Positions 56,008 to 63,671 of a DNA stretch of 64,000 bases are shown one piece after another; position 1 is the stretch's first letter; each line of letters opens with the position of its first letter. The DNA lies in the NCBI GenBank assembly GCA_902798585.1, contig CADBXF010000005.1:82824-146823 (forward strand), read 5' to 3'. The position numbers and the translations under genes were made by a program. Origin of the DNA: an uncultured Lachnospiraceae bacterium (GTDB lineage: Bacteria > Bacillota > Clostridia > Lachnospirales > Lachnospiraceae). The notes beneath the pieces are model-generated. The model made no database searches. It was not told where the DNA came from and saw nothing but the letters and a program-made list of their open reading frames with translations.

Positions 56008-56296
56008 GCGGTGGTTTCTGCGAACAAGCGAAAAACCACCGCAATTGTACCCGACTCACTTGGGTAAAAAAGCAGCTTCCGAAGCAATTGCGGTGGTCTT
56101 TCAATTCTTTTATGAATTCCACCGCAATAAAAACAGGACAAAAGCCCACTCCAAGAGAATCCCGTAATTTTTGTGCGGTGGTTTTTCCAAAGCAAGGCAT
56201 ATTCCACCGCCAGACGGGTAAAACCTGCACATTGAGACAGGTACAAAAAGCAAGAATTGCGGTGGTTTTTCCACGACAACGGAAAAACCACCGCAA
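56008..56296. repeat. phased array of four GCGGTGG...CCACCGC palindromic units
   Basis: Left and right arms: 56008-56014/56036-56042; 56090-56096/56119-56125; 56175-56181/56204-56210; 56259-56265/56287-56293. Spacing is 82, 85 and 84 bp. Unit 4 is a perfect 16-bp stem, TTGCGGTGGTTTTTCC-N8-GGAAAAACCACCGCAA. Unit 1 is followed on the minus strand by T7. Confidence 0.9.
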
Positions 56297-56491
56297 CATC
56301 ATAAAAAACAAGTTAAAACATGTCTGCTGACCCGGCCCGCAACGCCGATATAACCAACAAAGTCTACTTAATCGACAAAACCGACATATGCCGCAACGCC
56401 GGTACAATCGGCATTATCAACAGACAGCCCGGTCTTCAAAAGTCTTCAAATCAAAGCCAATCGGCCAACCTATCAGTCATCGAATGATTCT

Positions 56492-56593
56492 CTGTGATTC
56501 ACTCATCCGATCAGTCCATCTTCGGGAGCTGAGCAAGGCTTGCTGTGATTCACTCATCCGATCAGTCCATCTTCGGGAGCTGGGCAAGGCTTG
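56492..56593 (-). repeat. 51-bp tandem duplication spanning the trpB2 stop codon
   Basis: 56492-56542 and 56543-56593 are identical except for one base (A at 56531 versus G at 56582). Each copy carries the last 10 codons (SLAQLPKMD), the stop codon and 19 nt. Confidence 0.9.
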
Positions 56594-57935
56594 CTGCGAT
56601 TTCTTCGTCGGTCGGGATATAGTCGCCCATCTCGCCGTTGTTGAACTTCTCGTAAGCAACAAGGTCGAAGTAGCCGGTGCCTGTCAGACCGAAGACGATG
56701 GTCTTCTCCTCGCCGGTCTCCTTGCACTTGAGAGCCTCATCGATGGCAACGCGGATTGCGTGCGAGCTCTCGGGAGCGGGAAGGATACCCTCAACCCGGG
56801 CGAACATCTCCGCAGCTTCAAATACCTTAGTCTGCTCAACGCTTCTTGCCTCCATGTAGCCGTCCGCGTACAACTGGGAAAGCGTGCTACTCATACCGTG
56901 GTAGCGAAGGCCGCCTGCATGGTTCGGAGCGGGCATGAAGTTGCTGCCGAGGGTGTACATCTTCGCAAGCGGGCAAACCATACCGGTGTCGCAGAAGTCA
57001 TATGCATACTTGCCGCGCGTTAAGCTCGGGCAGGATGCCGGCTCAACTGCGATAATGCGGTAATCTTTCTCACCGCGAAGCTTCTCGCCCATGAACGGAG
57101 AAATCAAACCGCCGAGGTTCGAGCCGCCGCCTGCGCAGCCGATAATCATATCCGGAACGATTCCGTATTTGTCAAGAGCAGCCTTGGTCTCAAGACCGAT
57201 TACGGACTGGTGAAGGAGTACCTGATTCAACACACTTCCGAGCACATAGCGATAGCCGGGAGTGCTCACAGCGACTTCAACAGCCTCCGAAATAGCGCAG
57301 CCGAGGCTTCCGCCGGTTCCGGGATGCGCCGCAAGGATACGCTTGCCGACCTCGGTCGTCTCCGACGGGGACGGGGTAACACTTGCGCCGTAGGTTCTCA
57401 TAACTTCACGGCGGAACGGTTTCTGCTCATAGGAAACCTTAACCATGAAAACCTTGCAATCAAGATCAAAATACGAGCAGGCCATCGAGAGCGCCGTGCC
57501 CCACTGGCCGGCACCGGTCTCCGTGGTAACACCCTTAAGGCCCTGCTTCTTTGCGTAATATGCCTGCGCGATAGCGGAATTCAGCTTGTGGCTTCCGCTC
57601 GTGTTGTTGCCCTCAAATTTGTAGTAGATTTTTGCGGGTGTTCCGAGTTTCTTCTCAAGGCAGTAAGCACGAACAAGCGGCGACGGGCGGTACATCTTGT
57701 AGAATTCGCGAATCTCTGCGGGAATCTCGATATAGGCATCGTCGTTGTTCAATTCCTGCGCAACAAGCTCATCGCAGAACACGCCGGACAGTTCCTCAGC
57801 TGTCATCGGCTGGTGCGTTCCCGGGTTAAGGAGCGGCGCGGGCTTGTTCTTCATGTCCGCACGCATATTGTACCATGCCTTAGGCATCTCCTGCTCTTCA
57901 AGGTAAATCTTGTAAGGGATCTCTTTGTTCGACAT
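56562..57935 (-). CDS. TrpB2-type tryptophan synthase beta-like PLP-dependent enzyme
   Basis: 457 aa. The N-terminal extension MPKAWYNMRADMKNKPAPLLNP is characteristic of TrpB2, as is the core NTSGSHKLNSA (PLP Lys) and GGGSN. No trpA or other trp genes lie nearby. Confidence 0.88.
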   Translation of the reverse strand: MSNKEIPYKIYLEEQEMPKAWYNMRADMKNKPAPLLNPGTHQPMTAEELSGVFCDELVAQELNNDDAYIEIPAEIREFYKMYRPSPLVRAYCLEKKLGTPAKIYYKFEGNNTSGSHKLNSAIAQAYYAKKQGLKGVTTETGAGQWGTALSMACSYFDLDCKVFMVKVSYEQKPFRREVMRTYGASVTPSPSETTEVGKRILAAHPGTGGSLGCAISEAVEVAVSTPGYRYVLGSVLNQVLLHQSVIGLETKAALDKYGIVPDMIIGCAGGGSNLGGLISPFMGEKLRGEKDYRIIAVEPASCPSLTRGKYAYDFCDTGMVCPLAKMYTLGSNFMPAPNHAGGLRYHGMSSTLSQLYADGYMEARSVEQTKVFEAAEMFARVEGILPAPESSHAIRVAIDEALKCKETGEEKTIVFGLTGTGYFDLVAYEKFNNGEMGDYIPTDEEIAASLAQLPKMD

Positions 57936-58050
57936 CGTAGTGTCTCCTTTCTGTGATGTACGGGATCTGAGAGGCTCGCGAGCTTTGCTTGCTCACTGTA
58001 ATGCGCTCGGTTCTCACGCCGCGAACATCGTTCGCTCTCGCTCAGCGCAC

Positions 58051-58335
58051 AAAAAAACCTGTCCCGCATTAAATTGGTTAATGCCGGGACAGGATTCATA
58101 TCTTTCCTGCGGTGCCACCCTGCTTGATGCTTTCGCATCCTCTTTCGCGCATACAGTATATGCCGGTCTTTGTTCACGGGGGAGCCTCACCCCGGCGCCT
58201 ATACTCCGGACGAATCCGTTTCCTCTTGCCCTCAAAAGCCCATTCAATTCTTCCGATGTTGCCGCAATCCCAGCGCCTGCGACTCTCTGTGTACACCGTG
58301 GTGAAGAATCTACTCACTCTTTCTCATCGGTTTAA
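58051..58335 (-). promoter_or_regulatory. T-box riboswitch leader (probably tRNA-Trp specific)
   Basis: Minus strand: K-turn/GA region GAUGAGAAAGAGUGAGUAG, AGAGAG box, T-box sequence GGGUGGCACCGC (58120-58109), and terminator CCUGUCCCGGCAUUAA...UUAAUGCGGGACAGG plus U7 (58093-58051). A candidate specifier is GAA-UGG-G (UGG at 58242-58240). Confidence 0.8.
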
Positions 58336-58339
58336 AGTT

Positions 58340-58368
58340 TTTATACCACGATGATCGCGCCGTGTCAA
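58340..58368 (-). promoter_or_regulatory. sigma-A promoter of the T-box/trpB2 unit
   Basis: Minus strand: TTGACA (58368-58363), a 17-nt spacer, then TATAAA (58345-58340). Confidence 0.65.
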
Positions 58369-58389
58369 GCAGGATTTGAATGATAGCGA

Positions 58390-58441
58390 GTGAAATAAAG
58401 GCGGAATGACACGAGCAATGCGAAGTGTCAATTCCGCCTTT
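58390..58441 (-). terminator. long hairpin, probable terminator insulating the trpB2 promoter
   Basis: AAAGGCGGAATGACAC-N12-GTGTCAATTCCGCCTTT (one bulge), followed on the minus strand by TTTATTT. Confidence 0.5.
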
Positions 58442-58810
58442 ATGAGCGAGTAACAAACACGAGCAAGAAGCCGCGCGTCAGCACGGCGGGATTGCGAGTG
58501 TTTGCAGGATTGCGAGAGTGCGAAGCACGTAGCAATCCGTCCTATCATTCAAACCTTTGCGAGCGAAGTGCAGACATGAGCAAGAAGCCACGCGAAGCGG
58601 GGCGGGATTGCGAATGGCTGCAGGATTGCGAGAGTGCGTAGCACGAAGCAATCCGTCTTATCACTCAAATCTCCAATGAACGAGTAACAAACACGAGCAA
58701 GAAGCGATGCGAAGCAGCGCAGGATTGCGAGTGCTCTACGTTGGTATGGCGTAAGTCGGTGCAGGATTGCGAGAGTGCGAAGCACGGAGCAATCCGTATC
58801 ATTCACTTAC
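58441..58810. repeat. three degenerate tandem units of ~117-141 bp, each ending in a GGATTGC-N18-GCAATCC hairpin
   Basis: Hairpins at 58507-58538, 58623-58654 and 58764-58795 (GCAGGATTGCGAGAGTGCGnAGCACGnAGCAATCCGT). GAGCAAGAAGC at 58461, 58578 and 58695. Extra half-sites GGATTGCGA[GA]TG at about 58489, 58605 and 58721. Confidence 0.85.
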
Positions 58811-58827
58811 TAAAAAAGACTTCATCT

Positions 58828-59307
58828 CTACTTCACCTGTCCAAGCGGAGTGGCCAAATAGATTTCGGCATTATATTCGAGATATACAATGTCCTCATGA
58901 ATGTTCACTGCCAGTCGTTCATAAACCATATTGCCGGTTATGCCAAACAAACCATCACATTTAAAGTCTCTGATAAATGCCTCCTGCCGTCCGGATTTCT
59001 CCTCTTCCGTAAACAAATCCGCTCCAAGAACGGACCCCTTCGTGGGGTTATTCAAAATCATCTGGAGTTCATCCCATTCCGATAACATGTCCTCTTTTAG
59101 TCTGTTATATTCTTCAACGCTCATCTCGAGGCGCTTACGCTTCTTTTCCGGAGCATCTTCCTTAACCTTAGTCACATATTGATCGAACTTCTGCGTCTCT
59201 TTTTCAAAGTGCCTAAGTGGAACATAGCGGCCTGCAATCCTGAAAAACACGACAGTCACAACAGCAAGCAGTAAAAGCAATGCTAACGCAATCCATTTCT
59301 TTTTCAT
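58828..59307 (-). CDS. hypothetical N-terminally anchored protein (lower-GC)
   Basis: MKKKWIALALLLLLAVVTVVFF anchor, then a charged helical region (EDAPEKKRKRLEMSVEEYNRLKEDM). No recognised domain. Confidence 0.55.
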   Translation of the reverse strand: MKKKWIALALLLLLAVVTVVFFRIAGRYVPLRHFEKETQKFDQYVTKVKEDAPEKKRKRLEMSVEEYNRLKEDMLSEWDELQMILNNPTKGSVLGADLFTEEEKSGRQEAFIRDFKCDGLFGITGNMVYERLAVNIHEDIVYLEYNAEIYLATPLGQVK

Positions 59308-59334
59308 TGCCAAACACCTCCGTACCCCCATGTT

Positions 59335-59523
59335 ATAGTTATAGTTATACTTCTGTCTTTCATCATCGTATTATAGAGTCATACCCCTTCTTTACCTTTT
59401 CTACAGATTAGGGTATGCTGTTAAAGATGCTGTGGATTGGTTCTGTTCTCCTACCGCATAGACGGTTTTTGAAAGGCTCCAACCACAGCCTCTTTGTCTC
59501 AATGTTAATCAGTTAGATACCGC
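59335..59523 (+). ncRNA. candidate IS110-type bridge (guide) RNA region in the 5' non-coding arm
   Basis: About 190 nt of non-coding sequence upstream of the IS110 recombinase. Stem GCTGTGGATTGG (59429-59440) pairs with CCAACCACAGC (59479-59489). TACCGCAT(A)GACGGTTT occurs at 59452-59468 and again at 59518-59533, across the ATG. Assigned only by analogy to published IS110/IS621 biology. Confidence 0.3.
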
Positions 59524-60732
59524 ATGACGGTTTATGTAGAACGAGGTTACATCCGGCAGAGAGCCCTGTGTGGTATCGATGTTGCCAAGGACAAGCATGA
59601 TTGCTGCATCCTCGGCTCGAATGGAGATGTTTTATTCCCACCGTTCACCTTTCCGAACTCCTTGCAAGGATTCGACCTGCTCTATGAGAGGATCGGGTCT
59701 TTGACCTCCGACCTGTCCAAAATAAAAGTAGGTCTTGAGGCTACCGGGCATTATCATCTCAATCTTCTGCGCTCGCTCCTTGATAACGGCCTGGCCAGCT
59801 ATGTTATCAACCCGCTACATACAAATCTTTTCAGAAAAGGTCTAAGCCTTAGAAAGACGAAAACGGATAAAGTCGACGCTTCTTCGATCGCTATGATGCT
59901 GTTAACCGATAGGACACTCAAGCCCTACACGGACACATCATACCACAACGAAGAACTAAAGTCATTAACCAGATATCGTTTTGATAAGGTTCGTGAACGA
60001 TCTAAACTAAAGGCGTCTGTCTCCAGACTTGTCAGTATCCTGTTTCCGGAACTGGAAACCCTCGTCCCAACGATTCATTTGGTTTCCGTTTATGCTTTGC
60101 TGTCAGAGTTTCCCGGGGCTTCGTTCGTTGCCTCCGCCCATCTGACGCGTCTTACTCATCTCCTCAAAGAGTCTTCAAAAGGACGCTACGGACGGGAAAT
60201 GGCCATCTCCTTTCGTGCCGCAGCGGTTTCCTCAATCGGTTCCGTCTTTCCGGCTAAATCCCTGGAACTTAAACACACCATCCATCTCATTGAAGTTCTT
60301 ACCGAGGAGATTGATGAGATTGAAGCTGCCATTAATGACATCATGGATACGTTGAATTCTCCAATCACAACGATTCCCGGCATCAAGAACCGGATGGGTG
60401 CCATGATCCTTGCAGAGATTGGTGACTTCTCCAAATTTGAAAATGCGGACCAAATCTTAGCGTATGCCGGATTATCTCCCTCAACCTATCAGTCCGGTCA
60501 GATGACATCCTCCCATGCCCGGATGGAGAAGCGGGGCTCCCGCTACTTGCGATACGCTTTATTCAACGCAACGCAGTATGTCTGTATTTGGGACCCTGCT
60601 TTCAAAGCTTATCTCGCCAAGAAACGGGCAGAAGGGAAGCATTATTTCGTTGCCACCTCCCACGCCTGTAAGAAACTCGTTCGGTTGATTTATCGGATGC
60701 AGTTAACCGGCGAAGCTTACCGAATCGCCTAG
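59524..60732 (+). CDS. IS110 family transposase (DEDD recombinase)
   Basis: N-terminal CGIDVAKDKHD (DEDD RuvC-like motif) and the C-terminal Tnp domain IPGIKNRMGAMILAEIGDFSKFENADQILAYAGLSPSTYQSGQ. Confidence 0.92.
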   Translation: MTVYVERGYIRQRALCGIDVAKDKHDCCILGSNGDVLFPPFTFPNSLQGFDLLYERIGSLTSDLSKIKVGLEATGHYHLNLLRSLLDNGLASYVINPLHTNLFRKGLSLRKTKTDKVDASSIAMMLLTDRTLKPYTDTSYHNEELKSLTRYRFDKVRERSKLKASVSRLVSILFPELETLVPTIHLVSVYALLSEFPGASFVASAHLTRLTHLLKESSKGRYGREMAISFRAAAVSSIGSVFPAKSLELKHTIHLIEVLTEEIDEIEAAINDIMDTLNSPITTIPGIKNRMGAMILAEIGDFSKFENADQILAYAGLSPSTYQSGQMTSSHARMEKRGSRYLRYALFNATQYVCIWDPAFKAYLAKKRAEGKHYFVATSHACKKLVRLIYRMQLTGEAYRIA

Positions 60733-60994
60733 CATGAACTCTGGCCTTTTCTTATCGAGCACCCACAAGGATGCTCTGTTCGTCATGCAGTTTTCAAGGT
60801 GCTGATTTAATGAAGTATAAACTTCATTTTAGACTTGACTTTTAATAGTTAGTCTTACGCTCGCTCTCTGCCCGAAGCAATCGGATTTGGATGAACGACA
60901 CTTTTTTTGGATGAACGACACAAAAAGAGCTGCCGCCGGCGATAATAATCGCAGAAGCGACAGCTCCATGATTTCATTTCTTCGCATAGAAATG

Positions 60995-62218
60995 TTACTT
61001 ATCTTCTTCCTTGTAGTCAAATCCGGCGAGGTCGCGAACCTGTACCGCGCCCCAGAATGCCGGCTTCTTCTGATAGTTCTGGTTGAAGAGAAGCGGGCTG
61101 TAGCCCTTTCTCCAGGACATGCCGTCGGCAAATCCCCAGAATGTCAGCGCGTCCATCTTGAGAGTGCCTGCGTCGATACGCTCGAAGAGGCCGTTAATCA
61201 AATCGTAGTAGAACACACCCTGAGCGGCGAGGTTCTTCGCGTTCGGCTGCTTCGGCATCTGATATTTTCCGAGGCAGATATCGAGCTCGGTAAGCTGAAT
61301 CTTGAGGCCGAGCTTGCTGAGCTGGTCAACCGTCTTGAAGTAGTCCGTAAGGCTGTCCTGCGTGTAGAGGTGAGCCTGGAAACCGATACCGTCAATCAGG
61401 TAGTTGCCGTTCTCGTCCACAAGGGTCTTTACGAACTTCTCGAGCGTGTCGGTCTTGTACTGCTCGTTGTAGTCGTTGTAGTACAAATCGATGCTCGCGG
61501 GAGCATACTTATTTGCAAAGTAAAATGCCTGCCAAATGTAGTCCTCACCGATTACGCTGTACCAGGGGTTCATAGCGGAACGCATCGAGCCGTCTTCCAT
61601 CCACGCCTCGTTTACAACATCGTAGGCGTAAATCAGGTCGATGTATCCCTCTTCCTTAAGCTTTTCGAACACCTGCTTAATGTAGCTCTCCATACGCTTC
61701 AGCATCACTTCGCGGGTTACGAAGGGCTTGGCTTCGTCGAAATCCTCATGGAAAATCCACTGCGGCGTCTGGCTGTACCATACAAGCGTATGACCGCGAA
61801 CGGCCATTCCGTTCTCCTTGGCCCAGTCGAGCATCTTGTTCATGTTGGGGTTGAACTCAACAACCAGATCTCCGGCTGCCTTGCTCTTGTCCTGATTGAA
61901 CAGGTAGTCGGGCTTCATGTCATTTTCCATCGTGACGCTGGTGAACTGCTGCGTGATCAGCTTCGAGTAAGCGGCATTGTCCGTCATCGTCGTCGTAAGG
62001 CAGGTGCCGACCTTCAAACCGTGTGCGGCAAATACATCCTTCAGAGAAACATCCGGAACCGGAGACGGCGTAGGGGTAGGCGTCTCTGTGGGAGCCTCGG
62101 TCGGCGCGGCCTCGGTAGGCGTAGCCGTCGGCGTCGTGTTCTTCGTGTCCTTACCGCATGCGGCCGTAACGCCGATTACGGAAAGAATGAGCAGACACAA
62201 AACGATTGTCTTCTTCAT
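60995..62218 (-). CDS. GH10 endo-1,4-beta-xylanase, lipoprotein with PT-rich linker
   Basis: Signal/lipobox-like LSVIGVTAAC|GKD, linker PTATPTEAAPTEAPTETPTPTPSP, GH10 motifs GHTLVWYSQTP, YDVVNEAW, QLTELDI. Start at MKKTIV (AAGGAG RBS). Confidence 0.92.
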   Translation of the reverse strand: MKKTIVLCLLILSVIGVTAACGKDTKNTTPTATPTEAAPTEAPTETPTPTPSPVPDVSLKDVFAAHGLKVGTCLTTTMTDNAAYSKLITQQFTSVTMENDMKPDYLFNQDKSKAAGDLVVEFNPNMNKMLDWAKENGMAVRGHTLVWYSQTPQWIFHEDFDEAKPFVTREVMLKRMESYIKQVFEKLKEEGYIDLIYAYDVVNEAWMEDGSMRSAMNPWYSVIGEDYIWQAFYFANKYAPASIDLYYNDYNEQYKTDTLEKFVKTLVDENGNYLIDGIGFQAHLYTQDSLTDYFKTVDQLSKLGLKIQLTELDICLGKYQMPKQPNAKNLAAQGVFYYDLINGLFERIDAGTLKMDALTFWGFADGMSWRKGYSPLLFNQNYQKKPAFWGAVQVRDLAGFDYKEEDK

Positions 62219-62424
62219 GGGATACTCCTTATCATTCTCGTTATTTTGCTTCCGTCCGCCTCTTCGCCTCGGCGAAGTCCGCGCAACGGAAATGCGCACA
62301 AATGTCCGCTCCGGCTGCTCGCCGAAGCACCTGCTACATCATATCGCGATTCTGTGATAAAAATGTGTGCTGGAGATGTCACATCTCATCCTGGTGCATT
62401 TGTCATTTCCTGCCGTCGCTTCGC

Positions 62425-63582
62425 TCAGCGCCTGCTTTCCGACACAATATCAATCACCACATACTCCGATTTTGTTCCGGTTTTAAAGCGAATCTCCCAA
62501 TCGGAAATGCCCGATGTCACGATAAATGTCGTATTTCCGCGCGTCTCCGTCCCGTAGGTACGGTCGTTCGCGCCGATCAGTCTTCCGATGGGTCCGAGAG
62601 GAATCAGCTGTCCGCCGTGCGTGTGTCCCGAGAGAACCAGATCCACCCCGGCATCGCTCTCCGCGGCGTAATCGTTCGGCTGATGGTCGAGCACAATCAT
62701 ATACCGCCCTTTGTCGAGACCGCCGGTCAATTCCTCCGCCGTGAGGCGTCCGTGCCCTGCATCGTTCCGGTCTCTCCGCCCGATGATATAAAAGCTGTCT
62801 GCGAGAAGCACCGCCTTGTCCTCGAGAACCGTGACGCCGTTCGCCTCCAGCGCGGCTTCCAACTCCTCCCATGTATATCCGCGGTAGTTGTAATATCCCT
62901 TGTCGTGGTTTCCGTAGCAGAACCAGATACCGTACCTCAACTTCACTTCGGCAAATGCCCTGCACGCCGCAAGCATCTCGTCCCGCGTCGTGTTGTCGTC
63001 GACAAAATCCCCCGTGATCACCAGAATATCCGGATTTTCCCTCGCAATCACGCGCAGATACTCCGCGAACTTCTCAGGTCCGAAGGTCGTTCCGATATGA
63101 GAATCCGCAATCTGCACGATGCGGAGCTTCCCGTCCGGAAGCTCCTTGTCCGTCGTAAGCGAATACGGCGTGCGCCGCACATGGTACGCCTGATACATGC
63201 CGATCGCCAGATACACCGCGCAGACGGCAAGCACGACGATTCCGGTGATATACGCGCGGTGTACAGACTGTGCCTCCCGCCCGTTCTCCGATTGACCGGC
63301 ACACCGAGACCGATGTTTCCGAATCCGCGCGATAAGCGCTGCAATCGCATCTCCGATCAGCCAGAATGCGGCCAGATGAATCACGACAATCGCCATGTTG
63401 ACAAGGTCGAACAAACCGTAAACAATCAGCAAAAGAACCGGCAGCGCCGCCGACAGACGGAGAAGCCATCTCCGGTCACCGGCAATCCGCCGCACAATCC
63501 CGAATTTTCGAAAGCGGCTGTACAGATACAAAAGTCCGGCCACCATCAACACAAATGCTGTTCCCAAAATCGCTAACCACAT
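62425..63582 (-). CDS. membrane-anchored metallophosphoesterase
   Basis: N-terminal TM segments, then IVQIADSHIG, ITGDFVDD, YGNHD and SGHTHGGQ. Confidence 0.9.
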   Translation of the reverse strand: MWLAILGTAFVLMVAGLLYLYSRFRKFGIVRRIAGDRRWLLRLSAALPVLLLIVYGLFDLVNMAIVVIHLAAFWLIGDAIAALIARIRKHRSRCAGQSENGREAQSVHRAYITGIVVLAVCAVYLAIGMYQAYHVRRTPYSLTTDKELPDGKLRIVQIADSHIGTTFGPEKFAEYLRVIARENPDILVITGDFVDDNTTRDEMLAACRAFAEVKLRYGIWFCYGNHDKGYYNYRGYTWEELEAALEANGVTVLEDKAVLLADSFYIIGRRDRNDAGHGRLTAEELTGGLDKGRYMIVLDHQPNDYAAESDAGVDLVLSGHTHGGQLIPLGPIGRLIGANDRTYGTETRGNTTFIVTSGISDWEIRFKTGTKSEYVVIDIVSESRR

Positions 63583-63671
63583 ACCGTTTCCTTTTCCTCT
63601 CTGCCGGAGAAAGAGAACGACCGCGTTTATTTTGCGGTCGTATCACTCTCCTTATGACGGCGAACGGCCGT

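Larger units (their letters stand above)
59335..60830 (+). mobile_element. IS110-family insertion sequence (ends approximate)
   Basis: Transposase plus flanking lower-GC non-coding arms. IS110 elements lack terminal inverted repeats, so the boundaries are guessed from neighbouring gene ends and the composition shift. Confidence 0.4.

Noticed and set aside
56008-56296. Possible CRISPR array (regularly spaced ~40-bp units with ~45-bp spacers)
   Set aside because: The conserved parts are short inverted arms with variable centres, not a constant direct repeat. There are only four units, no cas genes in 64 kb, and no leader-like organisation.
55865-56407. ORFs of 180, 122, 97 and 61 aa predicted across the palindrome array
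   Set aside because: Their sequences are echoes of the DNA repeats (recurring NHRN/WKNHRN-type peptides). They overlap one another on both strands, lack RBSs and have no recognisable fold motifs.
58324-58806. ORFs of 74 and 85 aa in the 58.4-58.8 kb repeats
   Set aside because: They are repeat-echo peptides (LARVCYS..., RTLAIL... recurring) with no RBS, and they overlap the T-box promoter and the terminator hairpin.
56008-58810. Integron-like cassette (trpB2 flanked by attC-like palindromes)
   Set aside because: There is no intI integrase, the palindromes lack the R''/R' (RYYYAAC/GTTRRRY) core arrangement, and trpB2 has its own promoter and T-box leader, unlike promoterless cassettes.
60829-61131. 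100-aa ORF at the 3' end of the xylanase gene
   Set aside because: It is out of frame with and overlaps the well-supported GH10 gene, and it spans that gene's terminator hairpin and the 14-bp direct repeats.
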